Of a stretch of 64,000 nt of DNA, positions 9,569 to 20,866 are shown in pieces (position 1 is the stretch's first letter; every line of letters starts with the position of its first letter). The stretch is from a virus. Both the position numbers and the translations under genes were made by a program. Below the pieces are notes generated by a model, which searched no databases, was not told the DNA's origin, and saw only the letters and a list, made by a program, of their open reading frames with translations. The stretch lies in IMG/VR virus record IMGVR_UViG_3300005613_000008, positions 32,001 to 96,000 of that record; one strand, 5' to 3'.

Positions 9569-11010
9569 TGGCAATCAAACGTTATAAGGCAGATGCCGAC
9601 AACACAATCGTAAATGCTTATGCACCAAATCTAAGATCTAGAGCATCTGGCTCCAACATGGGTCAGGCTGATGTAAGCGAAGTATATTCTATCTGGGGTC
9701 GCCAATCAACTTCCTCTGCGGAACTCTCCAGAGTTCTAACCAAATTTGATGTAGATTCAATCTCTTCAGATAGAACAGCAGGCACAATCCCAGCACAGGG
9801 AAGTGTTAGCTTTTATCTACGTTTATTCAACGCAGAAACGTCCAAGACCGTTCCAAAAAACTTTACCATAGTCGCACAAGCGATCTCAAAATCATGGGCA
9901 GAGGGCGATGGTCTAGACCTCGAAAACTACAAAGATTTGGGTAAGTCTAACTGGGTTTCTGCTTCTTCTACAACTGCTTGGGATACCGCTGGTGGTGATT
10001 ACCATGCTCTACCTGTCTTCTCACAATCATTTGCCACAGGACTTGAAGACCTTGAGATAGACATTACTGATCTTGTGGAAGAGTGGCTTGACGGAACAAA
10101 AGCCAACTACGGCGTTGGTGTTCGTTTGACTTCTTCTCAGGAAGCAAGTTCGTCTGCAAATCCTGACGGAGCAGAGACCTCCTATTACACCAAGCGCTTC
10201 TTTGCGAGAGGTACGCAATACTTTTTCAAAAAGCCTGTGATTGAGGCACGCTGGAACTCTTCCAACGGAGACGACAGGGGGCAGTTCTTTATGTCTTCTT
10301 CTCTCGCACCAGCAGCAGATAACCTTAATACGCTTTATCTCTACAACTACGTTCGTGGTCAGTTAACCAACATTCCGGCAGTTGGAACTGGTGAAATCTA
10401 TGTCGATCTTTACGAAACTCTCGGTGGAGACGCATTGACACAAGCAGTAGAGACACCAGCAACTGGCGGCTGGGTCTCAACAGGTATTTACTCTTGCTCG
10501 GTTTGTTTGACTGGAACCTACACAAGTCTGCGCGATGTGTGGCACACTGGTGGCGTAGAATACTTTACCGGTTCTATCTCGCCACAAACATTCGGTGCTT
10601 CTGGGCTCTCAACCGGAAACAACCGTTACATCACAAAGATCAAAAATCTAAGAAATAAATACTTCTCTGAAGAGGAAGCACGCTTCAATGTTTATGTCCG
10701 AAGCAAAAACTGGTCCCCAACTATTTATACAGTAGCGTCAAGTGAGATAGAAAATACTATTATTCCTAGCGCATCATACAGGGTTTATAGAGTTATCGAT
10801 GGTTATAATGCTATTCCACACGGCACAGGATCGGATCTTCAAACACTACTCTCCTACGATGTTTCAGGAAATTACTTTAACCTTGACATGTCCTTACTTG
10901 AGCCCGGCTACGAGTATGGTATCAAGCTTGCGTTCTACGATTCACAGCGACAGACTTGGATCGAACAAGACCAGAAATTCCTATTCAGAGTAGAAGATTA
11001 TGAGTATTAA
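9568..11010 (+). CDS. Baseplate/tail protein with a DNRLRE (CBM96-like) domain
   Basis: ADADNTI...SRVLTKFD...LEIDITDLVEEWL...NYGVGVRL...FFARGT pattern; translationally coupled (TAATG) to gp6. Confidence 0.65.
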   Translation: MAIKRYKADADNTIVNAYAPNLRSRASGSNMGQADVSEVYSIWGRQSTSSAELSRVLTKFDVDSISSDRTAGTIPAQGSVSFYLRLFNAETSKTVPKNFTIVAQAISKSWAEGDGLDLENYKDLGKSNWVSASSTTAWDTAGGDYHALPVFSQSFATGLEDLEIDITDLVEEWLDGTKANYGVGVRLTSSQEASSSANPDGAETSYYTKRFFARGTQYFFKKPVIEARWNSSNGDDRGQFFMSSSLAPAADNLNTLYLYNYVRGQLTNIPAVGTGEIYVDLYETLGGDALTQAVETPATGGWVSTGIYSCSVCLTGTYTSLRDVWHTGGVEYFTGSISPQTFGASGLSTGNNRYITKIKNLRNKYFSEEEARFNVYVRSKNWSPTIYTVASSEIENTIIPSASYRVYRVIDGYNAIPHGTGSDLQTLLSYDVSGNYFNLDMSLLEPGYEYGIKLAFYDSQRQTWIEQDQKFLFRVEDYEY

Positions 11011-14000
11011 AGACCTATTTGGTAAGTCTACAAATTACGTTTCAGAAACAGATCAGAAAGACGCATTCTCTGATGCTGAGTCATCTAAAAATGTCCAGCA
11101 GATCACAGAGAAGCAGAATTCATTTGAACCACAGATAGATTATACTGATCCGCAAACATTTGCAAAATATGGTTCCGCTGAGCAATACTACAAGTCTGCG
11201 ATTGATCGCATTCTTGATTTTTATCCTTATGACGGCTCTGACGCAGAATACAACAGTTTCTACAACAAGTCGCTTGACATTGAGAAGTACATCTTCAATA
11301 ATCTCTATCCTCGCACCAATGGTTATGTGGATTTTGCAGGGTCATCCTACATTAGCCTAAAGGGCGGACCACACACAATCGCCGCCTCCAACACCAAGGG
11401 GCTCTTCAAAGATCCACAGTCTTCACAGCGAGAAACAGCAAACATCTATGACGAAGACATTTACACAACCGAAGGTCTCCCGTCAGATTACGGACAAGGC
11501 ACAAGAGAGTCAAATCTTCTTTGTGACTTTGAAAGAGGCGTAACAGTAGAGTTCTGGCTAAGTTCATCTGCTATTTCTTCTGCTGACCAGCAGGCTATCT
11601 TCCACATTACAGGCTCAGGGCAGAATGACGAACTAACCATTTTCTTATCTGGAACAACTGGCTCTCCATTCCACGTTCGTTTGAAAGAAAATGGAGTAAC
11701 TATCCTTAATGATGAGCAGGTTGGAACAACTCCAACAACTTCATCTATTCTCGGATGGAACCACTACGCTCTTACATTCAAGAGCGCAAGTTTAGGCATC
11801 GCATCTATGCTTTACGTCAATGGTGTCCTTGACGCGCAAACAACTCTCGGCTCAACGGGTGCTGGCACATTTGAGCAGTCTGGCTCGCTTGGCTATGTCG
11901 CTTCTGGTTCTGCAACCGAAACCCTACTCAATGGTGCAATGGACGAGTTCCGCTTCTGGAAGGTCGAGAGAACAGCACAAGAAATCGGTAGAAACTGGTT
12001 TGGTCAAGTCAGAGGCGGTTCTAACACCGACATTTCTAACACCACACTTGGTGTCTACTACAAATTTAACGAAGGCATAACAGGCATTACAGCCCAAGAT
12101 AGCGTAGTTCTAGACTACTCTGGTCGTGTTTCAAACGGAACATTCACCGGCTACACCTTAACAACTCGTAACACTGGCTCTGCTATTGTTCTTGCTGGCG
12201 CTGCTGCAAGCGAGTACCTTGATCCAATCATCTATGCTAATCATCCTGATGTTTCATCTCTGAGAACAAGTCTTATTGAGACAGGCTCCATCTACGATTC
12301 TAACAACAATGCCTCAATCGGCAGCATGATGCCAAGCTGGGTTATCGAAGAACACGAAGAGACCCAAAACGACAACTTTACCTACTTGATGCACATTGTA
12401 GGCGCTTATTTCGACAAGATCCGCCTTCAAATTGCTGCTTTGCCTGACTTCAAAACCCCTGTTTACACCAGTTCTTCCTTCAAGGCATTGCCATTTGCAG
12501 AGCATTTGCCTGCTTCTTTGGGTCTAGAAACTCCACAATTGTTCGTTGATGCGGACGTTTTAGAGCGTTTTCTCAACAGAAACGAAACTCAGAACTACGA
12601 ATTTGACCTAAATGACACCAAGAACCTCATTTATCTCAACCTTTACAACAACTTAACTTACCTTTTCAAGTCAAAGGGCACCCACAAGGCTGTAAGAAAC
12701 GTTCTTCGTGCCTTCAACATTGACGATAAACTTGTAAGATTCAACACCTATGCTAACAACTTTGTCTATGATCTCGAAAATAATCTTCGACAGACAACCG
12801 TTTATGATGCTGTTGTAAACTTCAATCATGCCGACAATCTCGGCGCTGTTGTCTATTCCACAGCGTCAGCCGACAGCACACAACTTGGTTACATTTCGTC
12901 TTCAAATGATGACAAATACGAAGACCGCTACGGCTTCACGCTTGAAACAGACGTAACATTCCCCAAATTCATTCGCTCTATTGACACGTTTGATCGAAAC
13001 TTCATCACAGCGTCTCTATTCGGCATCCACTCTGCGAGCGCAGACAGCGCCGCCACTGAGATCTTTGACCCGAGCATCTATGTCTTTGCAGAAAGAGAAG
13101 AAGCCTACAGCAAGAACATTCGTTTCCGCTTGAGTTCTTCACTACTTTCAACAACTCTCACAAGCAGTAACTTCTTGGGTGTCTACAACGACCAGCCTTG
13201 GAGTCTTTCTGTCCGTCTACGTCCCGATTCATTCGGGCTAACTGGCTCTGTTGAGGGTGTTACAACCTCTAACTACATCCTTGAGTTCACTGGTTACAAC
13301 CAACTTCTAGGCGAGATCAGAGAATCATTCACAGTAACCGGTTCTGTTGCAAATGCAGATGCACAGAACCTTCTTAGATCACCAAAGAGACTTTATGTTG
13401 GTGCTCAGAGAACAGATGTTACTGGCTCTCTAATAAACAAGTCAGACGTTCTTGTCTCGGCAGTTCGTTACTGGTCAAAGAATCTTGACAACGAGACACT
13501 TAAACAGCACGCCTACGATTTTGAGAACTACGGAATCAAAGACTCAAACAAACACTTATCTCCGCTTGACGCCGACAACGCCAAAACTCTTAACTCTCAC
13601 ACTCTTGTTCTGAGTTACGACTTCTCTGGCATTACAACTTCTGATGGTTCTGGTGAGTTCGTTGTAAACGACATAAGTTCTGGTTCCATTGAGAACAGAA
13701 CAAAATTTGGAAAGCTTGGAGAGATCTCAAGTTATCTCTATCCCGCAAAGGGTGTAGGATTCGGAGTATCTTCGACTAAGGCTGTAATCAAGAAAGAATT
13801 CAACGTTCATCAATTTATTAATCCAGAATTGGCTATTGGGGAAAATCTTGTTCAGATCAAGACAGAAGACGATAAGCTATTCGATACACTCGACACAATC
13901 CCAAACTACCACTATCTTCTAGAAAAGAGCATGTATGGTGCTATCTCTGAGGAAATGCTCAACTTCTTTGCAGGCGTTGTTGATTTCCAAAATCTAATTG

Positions 14001-17000
14001 GGCATCCCGTAAATCAATACAGGATGGAATACAAAGAACTAAGTAAGCTAAGAGAAGTTTTCTTCCGCAGAGTAGCCGAGGTTTCAGAAGTTGAGAAGTT
14101 TGTTGACTACTACAAGTGGTTTGATGATTCTATTTCTCAAATCATTTCACAGCTTGTTCCAGCATCTGCCGACTACACTGCCGACATCTTGAATACTGTA
14201 GAATCTCACGTCCTTGAGCGTAACAAGTACCAGCACAGAATCCCAATGATGGCTTTCACTTCTTCAACCGAGGGTGTTGCTTTCGGTGCAGAAGAGTTGC
14301 GCTACAACTGGGATAGAAACCATGCTCCTGTAAGTGGATTAGAGCGCGATAACTCAAACTGGTGGAAAGAACGCGCCGAGCGTGAAGGCACCATTTCTTC
14401 TGGTGATGCTGCCGTAGACTCTGATAGAACTCAGATTCGCAACGTTACCACAAATCAGACCAATGGCGGCGTTGGTAGAAGTTTCACCACCGCAGGCGTC
14501 AAATACTCTCGTTCCAGCTTCAAGTACCGCACTCTATCCAAGGGTCAGGTTTTTGAAGCAAAGAGAACAAAAGAGATCAAGGGTGGCGTCAATTTTACTG
14601 ACGACAAGGATATTCATTACACTTATACAGCGCTACATCCCGCTGGTCCAGTAAATCAAGACAACGACATTTTTGTTCCAAAGAACGTTCTTCTCGGCTT
14701 TACAGACGATCTCGTTGCCCTTGAAGACACAAGCGATCCTCCCGAGAACCCAGCAGCCAAGGTCAAGAGAAGCATTCTTGTTCAGCACGGACGCGATTGG
14801 GAAGACGGAATCGGCTACAAAAACGTCAAATCCTCAAAGGCATTCCCATTCAACATCGTCTCTTCTTCTGTTCGCTCTGGCTACAACGCGCATGTTATCG
14901 CGAGAGCAACAGCAAGTATTGAGATCACAAACCTTCATAACGACGTTTACGGTCCAGACATGGAGCGTCCAATGCAGGGACCATTCACAGAATATGCTGT
15001 TGGTGGTCACCAATCTCGTCACATTAAACTCAACACAGGTGGCGACAACTATCTAAATCGTCCCGAGGCTTGGAAGATAGCATTGGGTAAATGCCCCAAC
15101 ACTGACGGCGCAATCGGTATGGTCGGCGCTGATTATCCTTATCCAGAGGCTAATGAAGAGGGTGAGTCACCTTACCCACTTACAGGTGCCCAAAAGGCAA
15201 CTTACTTCCGTGACGAAACCGCAAAGCGACCCGTCAACATTCGCAACATTCAGCATAGAACCGGTTCGACTATCCTTGGTAACTATAATCACAACTATGA
15301 TGTCGTTCACACTGTGGGTGGTTACTCAAACCCAAGAGCCTTCATTGATGAGCAGCCAACTCTTCCTGCTATAGCGGAAGGTGCAGATGTTGTCAAGACA
15401 ATTCTTGATTTAGAGAGAGGTCGAAACGGACACTTTACATTCGTTGATGACTACAATGCTGGTTATCTAACAGGGTCTGGAGACTACAAGAACAAAACTG
15501 TTATCGTCAGTCGCTTCTCTTCTCCAGGCTCACCAGAGACTTCTGCTCCTGCTTTCAAGGATTTTCGTTCTGGTGACTTCTCTGTCTACAACACAATCAA
15601 TAACAGAAACTGGACATCTCGTCGTCCATTCCAAGGTGTGACTTCTTCTATTGTTTCACAGACAACAGGCTTTAGAAGTTTCGATCACACCGGAAGAGAC
15701 TTTGGTTTTACTAACTTGGCTGCCCGACATTCTGCAAGATTCTTCCGCGACTCTTATGTCGAGAGTGATACTGATTTTCCAAATGTTCCAAGAAACACCC
15801 CTGACTTAAACTCTCCCGGTAACGCTGACGATGCTTTTACCGAGGCACCATCGTTCCACAAAGTTCATAGAAACAATTTGCTAAGAGCAAAAGTGCTTAC
15901 CACGGTTGCTGAAGAACCAAGCCCTCTTAATTTACAAAATGATAAAGCTGTTTATTTAGATTCTACAGGATTAACACATGGTTGTCTTGTGTCTGCCTTG
16001 TCTGGAACTACACAAGGCTTGGTTTCTTCTATTCAAAAAAACGGCTTTACTTTTTCAATATGGATGCAGCCTGGGGCTGTAAATCAAGAAATCTTTAACT
16101 TGGTTAGAACAAATTTTAGTGGATTACCTGCTCTAAGATTACATACATCATTTGTATCTTCTAGGCATAGACTAAATGTATCATTTGTTGGTATTTCTGG
16201 CTCTAACAAAGATTACGCCGAAATTTATGCAACTGCTAGCGCCGGTTTTGACCCAAGAAACCAATGGAATCATGTTGCTTTTTCTGTAGGTCAATATCTA
16301 AGTAGCTCAACAACTTCTATCTATTTGAATGGCTCAAAACTAACAAATTTTGTAACAAATGATTTAATTTATCCAGATGCCATATTATATGCTACTGGCA
16401 CTAATGGTAATAATTTTAGAGGCTGGGGAGGGAATTTGCCTGATGGAACACCGAGTTCTGGTCCAGATATGGCTGAACGTTTTTATGTAATAGGTGCAGA
16501 CTACAATAGTGCAAATGCCGTTGGTAACAATCCATTTACTGGCGCTATGGATCAGATAAGTATGTGGACAACTGTTCTATCTGATTCAGAAATTTCTTCA
16601 ATCTACAACAGTGGTACTCCCTATAACATAACAGGTTCCGAGGTTTATCAAAATAACTCTGCGAGCTTATTTGCTTGGTATAAATTTGATGATCCAGATT
16701 CTTTTAATGGCTCAAACATTGGAGAATACGATCCAGTAAATAATGCTGTGAATGATTCTTCTGGCAACAACCGACACATGTTTGCTATAGCGCCTTATTC
16801 ACAAACAAACCAAACAACCATAGTTTCTGCTTCTATTCCAGTACCTCTTGCGGGTGATAGTTCTACAATTATGGTTGAGAGGGATTCTTATATTTGTGAT
16901 CAGAAATACGACAACCTAAACTTACACCACCAGATCCCACGCTCCGATCGTCAATACTCTTGGATTGGTGCATCAATAACCCACACAGGAACCTGCGAGC

Positions 17001-20000
17001 CACGTTACTCTGGTTTTATGAAAGTAAATTCCAATCTCGCACCTTATTACGAGATAACAGGTAACTACTACCCATTCTTTGACTATGTGTCTGCGTCTGC
17101 CGCAACATCCGGCATTTACCAGAATACAACAAGACTTAGCCTTCTTGCTCTTGATAAAACCGGTTCTGCTATCAACACTCTTGGCGAATCAACAATTAGC
17201 GGCGCTCTACAAACTCCCGCTGATGGCGAGAGGCTAAACGCCCTACTCATTCGTCGTGGTGATAACTACGGTTGGAACTGGCGTGCCCATAGAATGCAAG
17301 ACCACCCGATCTTAGATCGAGAGCATAAAGAGAATCTACTAACTGCTCTCAAGAACGAGGAGATAAAAGAATTCCGCTTACCCCCAGTCTCTATGAAGGG
17401 CAGACCAGTCATGGTAAACATGGATGTCGGCGGCGAAAACGTCACTCTCAAGGCTACTCACAACAACGAGAAGATCTACTTCAACGAAAGAGAACTTAAC
17501 GATCTAGTCTTCCAGACCGAAGACCCAACAATCACACCATTCGACCAGTTGATTGGCGTAGCACAAGACTACAGCCTAAACTGGGTGCGTTACTCTGAGA
17601 CCCTATTCCCGTCCACAAGAAACGAGTTCTCAAGCGGATCACGCGAGAGACTTGGTTATGATAACAAGTTCTGGAGGGATAGCCGTAGCGAAAGGACTGA
17701 GCTAGGATCCACAGGCAGTTTTGAACTTGGTCCCGGTATCGGAGGCTCAAACTCTTTTGACGTAACAGTGAAGCAAAGTAGCTGGATTCTCGACGCCCCA
17801 GAAGATTTCACATCAAGAACCACAATCCAAACTGCATCACATGCGAACCCTTATGTATTTATGAGCGGAACTGCTGGTGAATTACAGAATGGATATTTGT
17901 TTGCTCACGTCGAAGGTGGTCTCCCCCCACTCCAGAAACTAGCTACGCAAGCAATAGGAAACAGAGCATCTGCGATTCTTTCAAGAAAGCAGAGTCTAAC
18001 ATCTCCAAATTCTGTTGTTTCAAGAACTGGTTTTGCACCAACTGCTTCTTTGACACACTCTATTACTGATCAAATTCAGACAAAAGGCGGCGAAGCACTT
18101 TGGGAAGCTGGAACTTACGCCACAATCAATATCAAGTCTGGCAGTTCTTTCGTAACTTCTTCTTACCCTTCCGAGCCTTGGTTTGACGAATATGGAGACT
18201 TCCGTGAAGAACTGCAACTTGTCGCGAGAGATTACGCCATTATCCCAGAGTTCAGAATCTCAGAGCACATTAACGATTACGTCAAGGGCGGGACTTTCAA
18301 CAAGTCCAGCTTCGACACCTTCGAGATCCCCGGAACAACAATCAGCAGTTCACAGCAGGACTTCTACAAAGACTACTCCAACTCCGACTTCTTGCGAGAG
18401 TTCGCAAGCATCAAGGACAAGTCTGGATTAAGTGCAAAAGAAATAATGTTGACCTGCAAGGCGGCAGTCCGCTTCAATCCTTACAAGGGTTTTTATCCAG
18501 CACAAAGAACTTTGGACTTGGTAAGTCAGTTCTCAAGCTCATTTTCTAGTGGCTTTTCAATAAATTATTCTGGAACTCAATACGGAGGCTTTATTAAGTC
18601 CGCTGCTGGTGCTTATCGTCCCCTTATTCAGCCTCTCTTCGCCCCAGGCATTCTCTATAACTCCATCAAATCTGGAATTGCGGTTGATTATCCGATTATT
18701 AACACTGAATTTAAAATAAATTCTTTTAACTATTCTGGCTCCAGTTCTCCAGACGCAGAAAATTACATGTTGGCACCCCTAGTGGACGGCGGCGATTTTG
18801 ATCCACTAACTACAAATCCATCAAGTTCAACAATTTGGGATCTTCGTGTTCCATTTGAAACAATGATACAGCCTGGAAAATACATTGACAAAATTCAGTT
18901 CTTAGATTTTGAGCCACATCCTTCTGCTTCCATAAACACAACAGCTTCATTGGATACTTCTGTTTCTGATGGAATCTATGAACTTATGGCAAAGAATTTC
19001 TTTGGACAGACAGGGGATTTCTTCTTAAAAAATTCTTCTTATACAAAGATTGAGTCTGATCTTATTCAAGACGGATTAAAGTTTAAGACTGGCGATGTCT
19101 TTGCTGCGAGACTAAAAATTAGAAAGTCTCATAATGGCAAGCGTTTCTATAGTAATGAATTTGGTTCTACTGGCGATAATTCAAACTTTGCAACTCTCGG
19201 TGCGCAAGCATTTTCTGGTTCTGGCGCAGGAACAGATTTTACTTCAATAAGTGGCTCTTTCCCTATTCCACAAGATCCTGCACACAACTCAGGTTTTCAA
19301 GAAACATTTACAATGTATTCTCGACCAACTGCATTTGGTCCAGCAATCAGTGGTCGAGGAAATGAAACACCATCGTTTAATGATTATACAGAAGCATTCA
19401 ACTCTGGTACTCTAGATTCACTTGAGGGTTATAACTGGGCTTATACACCTCCTTATTACCACGGCGAATCTTGGGTTGACTTTATTTTCCGACCAGATTC
19501 AACTAAAACTTACACACTTGAAGACATCTTGACAGAAACAGATACTGTCTATTGGCGCGCAGATCCGGGTCAATTGAGCGGAAGTGGCGGTTTAAACAAT
19601 AACTATAATCCAAAACTAATTCATTCTCAATTTAGGTTTGGTAGCGCTGCTATATCGACTGGTCAAGTCGCCCCAATCTACGGTGGACTTGCAATCAACA
19701 AAAACGCAATGCAACTTGATTCATCCCTCAATCTCTTCGGTGTTGAGCGAGTCCCCAAGAAGCGTAAAGACAAGTTCGGAAACACAATCCTTGATGAGAA
19801 CGAACTCGCCGGCAAGCGTTGGGTCATCCAGCCCAAGTGGGAAACACCGATGCTTAACTTCGCGAACGTAACAAGCGGCTCGGGCAACATTACTTATCCG
19901 ACAAACTTCTCCGAGTCTGTGCCGCGCGGTATGTGGCACCAATTTGGTGAAATACCGACAGATCCAAGCACGGGTGTGTTCCTCGAAATTGGTGACATTC

Positions 20001-20866
20001 CAAACGATTGGCTCAAATACCACTATGATGTCATTAATGAAGACTCGGTTTACAACAACAATGACCCCGCAGGTTCAGGTTCTACTGCTTACCTCGATTA
20101 CCAGTCTCTAACCGACCTATTCGGCTTCACACGCTCTCAGAAAAAAGACAGCGCAAAAGTACGCCTTGGAGAAATTGCAGACAAGAAAGAGGTTTATGAA
20201 GCCGTTGTTGCCATTCCTTATGTCGTGGAAGCAAACGAAGATTACTCAGGAAACCAAAAGAAGGATGCAATCGAGCGTAAGAAGTTCATTAGCATTCCAA
20301 GGCAGCGCTTTGATGCTGCCCTCAAGGGACGTGAAGGCTCTCAGGACGGTGATTCTCTAGAGACAGCAGGCGAGAGTATCCGCAAGATGGTACAGAAGAT
20401 GAAGCGCTATGTTATGCCACCACAATTCGATTTCATCAATTTCGACCAGATTGATCCAATCGTAATGTACTTCTTTGAGTTCAAGTACGAGTTTGACAAG
20501 GACGATCTCTCCTACATCTGGCAGAACCTTGCTCCGAGAGATTACAAGAAGATCACTTTCCAAGAGGCTTCTGTCGCTCATGATTTGATGAACACAGAGT
20601 TGCTTGAAGAGCAAAATATTATTGACAACCCCAACCTTCGTTGGATGGTATTCAAGGTAAAACAGAAGGCAACCAAAGATTATTATGACCTCATTCCTCC
20701 ACAGATCAAAGCTGCAAGACCTACTAGTAATCTTGATAAGCCCGAGACCGACAAGGATGATGAGTATCTACAGTTCAACTGGCCATACGATTACCTTTCC
20801 TTCGTAGAACTAGTTAAACTTGAAGCTGATGTTCTTTATAAGGCAGATGAAGAAGAAACAGAATGA
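11000..20866 (+). CDS. Giant (3288 aa) baseplate/tail protein with multiple LamG/concanavalin-A-like domains
   Basis: LamG signatures GVTVEFW..WNHYALT..YVNG..GAMDEFRFW and FTFSIW..WNHVAFS..YLNG..FTGAMDQISMW; Ser/Thr/Gly rich; position after gp6 corresponds to T4 gp7. Confidence 0.8.
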   Translation: MSIKDLFGKSTNYVSETDQKDAFSDAESSKNVQQITEKQNSFEPQIDYTDPQTFAKYGSAEQYYKSAIDRILDFYPYDGSDAEYNSFYNKSLDIEKYIFNNLYPRTNGYVDFAGSSYISLKGGPHTIAASNTKGLFKDPQSSQRETANIYDEDIYTTEGLPSDYGQGTRESNLLCDFERGVTVEFWLSSSAISSADQQAIFHITGSGQNDELTIFLSGTTGSPFHVRLKENGVTILNDEQVGTTPTTSSILGWNHYALTFKSASLGIASMLYVNGVLDAQTTLGSTGAGTFEQSGSLGYVASGSATETLLNGAMDEFRFWKVERTAQEIGRNWFGQVRGGSNTDISNTTLGVYYKFNEGITGITAQDSVVLDYSGRVSNGTFTGYTLTTRNTGSAIVLAGAAASEYLDPIIYANHPDVSSLRTSLIETGSIYDSNNNASIGSMMPSWVIEEHEETQNDNFTYLMHIVGAYFDKIRLQIAALPDFKTPVYTSSSFKALPFAEHLPASLGLETPQLFVDADVLERFLNRNETQNYEFDLNDTKNLIYLNLYNNLTYLFKSKGTHKAVRNVLRAFNIDDKLVRFNTYANNFVYDLENNLRQTTVYDAVVNFNHADNLGAVVYSTASADSTQLGYISSSNDDKYEDRYGFTLETDVTFPKFIRSIDTFDRNFITASLFGIHSASADSAATEIFDPSIYVFAEREEAYSKNIRFRLSSSLLSTTLTSSNFLGVYNDQPWSLSVRLRPDSFGLTGSVEGVTTSNYILEFTGYNQLLGEIRESFTVTGSVANADAQNLLRSPKRLYVGAQRTDVTGSLINKSDVLVSAVRYWSKNLDNETLKQHAYDFENYGIKDSNKHLSPLDADNAKTLNSHTLVLSYDFSGITTSDGSGEFVVNDISSGSIENRTKFGKLGEISSYLYPAKGVGFGVSSTKAVIKKEFNVHQFINPELAIGENLVQIKTEDDKLFDTLDTIPNYHYLLEKSMYGAISEEMLNFFAGVVDFQNLIGHPVNQYRMEYKELSKLREVFFRRVAEVSEVEKFVDYYKWFDDSISQIISQLVPASADYTADILNTVESHVLERNKYQHRIPMMAFTSSTEGVAFGAEELRYNWDRNHAPVSGLERDNSNWWKERAEREGTISSGDAAVDSDRTQIRNVTTNQTNGGVGRSFTTAGVKYSRSSFKYRTLSKGQVFEAKRTKEIKGGVNFTDDKDIHYTYTALHPAGPVNQDNDIFVPKNVLLGFTDDLVALEDTSDPPENPAAKVKRSILVQHGRDWEDGIGYKNVKSSKAFPFNIVSSSVRSGYNAHVIARATASIEITNLHNDVYGPDMERPMQGPFTEYAVGGHQSRHIKLNTGGDNYLNRPEAWKIALGKCPNTDGAIGMVGADYPYPEANEEGESPYPLTGAQKATYFRDETAKRPVNIRNIQHRTGSTILGNYNHNYDVVHTVGGYSNPRAFIDEQPTLPAIAEGADVVKTILDLERGRNGHFTFVDDYNAGYLTGSGDYKNKTVIVSRFSSPGSPETSAPAFKDFRSGDFSVYNTINNRNWTSRRPFQGVTSSIVSQTTGFRSFDHTGRDFGFTNLAARHSARFFRDSYVESDTDFPNVPRNTPDLNSPGNADDAFTEAPSFHKVHRNNLLRAKVLTTVAEEPSPLNLQNDKAVYLDSTGLTHGCLVSALSGTTQGLVSSIQKNGFTFSIWMQPGAVNQEIFNLVRTNFSGLPALRLHTSFVSSRHRLNVSFVGISGSNKDYAEIYATASAGFDPRNQWNHVAFSVGQYLSSSTTSIYLNGSKLTNFVTNDLIYPDAILYATGTNGNNFRGWGGNLPDGTPSSGPDMAERFYVIGADYNSANAVGNNPFTGAMDQISMWTTVLSDSEISSIYNSGTPYNITGSEVYQNNSASLFAWYKFDDPDSFNGSNIGEYDPVNNAVNDSSGNNRHMFAIAPYSQTNQTTIVSASIPVPLAGDSSTIMVERDSYICDQKYDNLNLHHQIPRSDRQYSWIGASITHTGTCEPRYSGFMKVNSNLAPYYEITGNYYPFFDYVSASAATSGIYQNTTRLSLLALDKTGSAINTLGESTISGALQTPADGERLNALLIRRGDNYGWNWRAHRMQDHPILDREHKENLLTALKNEEIKEFRLPPVSMKGRPVMVNMDVGGENVTLKATHNNEKIYFNERELNDLVFQTEDPTITPFDQLIGVAQDYSLNWVRYSETLFPSTRNEFSSGSRERLGYDNKFWRDSRSERTELGSTGSFELGPGIGGSNSFDVTVKQSSWILDAPEDFTSRTTIQTASHANPYVFMSGTAGELQNGYLFAHVEGGLPPLQKLATQAIGNRASAILSRKQSLTSPNSVVSRTGFAPTASLTHSITDQIQTKGGEALWEAGTYATINIKSGSSFVTSSYPSEPWFDEYGDFREELQLVARDYAIIPEFRISEHINDYVKGGTFNKSSFDTFEIPGTTISSSQQDFYKDYSNSDFLREFASIKDKSGLSAKEIMLTCKAAVRFNPYKGFYPAQRTLDLVSQFSSSFSSGFSINYSGTQYGGFIKSAAGAYRPLIQPLFAPGILYNSIKSGIAVDYPIINTEFKINSFNYSGSSSPDAENYMLAPLVDGGDFDPLTTNPSSSTIWDLRVPFETMIQPGKYIDKIQFLDFEPHPSASINTTASLDTSVSDGIYELMAKNFFGQTGDFFLKNSSYTKIESDLIQDGLKFKTGDVFAARLKIRKSHNGKRFYSNEFGSTGDNSNFATLGAQAFSGSGAGTDFTSISGSFPIPQDPAHNSGFQETFTMYSRPTAFGPAISGRGNETPSFNDYTEAFNSGTLDSLEGYNWAYTPPYYHGESWVDFIFRPDSTKTYTLEDILTETDTVYWRADPGQLSGSGGLNNNYNPKLIHSQFRFGSAAISTGQVAPIYGGLAINKNAMQLDSSLNLFGVERVPKKRKDKFGNTILDENELAGKRWVIQPKWETPMLNFANVTSGSGNITYPTNFSESVPRGMWHQFGEIPTDPSTGVFLEIGDIPNDWLKYHYDVINEDSVYNNNDPAGSGSTAYLDYQSLTDLFGFTRSQKKDSAKVRLGEIADKKEVYEAVVAIPYVVEANEDYSGNQKKDAIERKKFISIPRQRFDAALKGREGSQDGDSLETAGESIRKMVQKMKRYVMPPQFDFINFDQIDPIVMYFFEFKYEFDKDDLSYIWQNLAPRDYKKITFQEASVAHDLMNTELLEEQNIIDNPNLRWMVFKVKQKATKDYYDLIPPQIKAARPTSNLDKPETDKDDEYLQFNWPYDYLSFVELVKLEADVLYKADEEETE

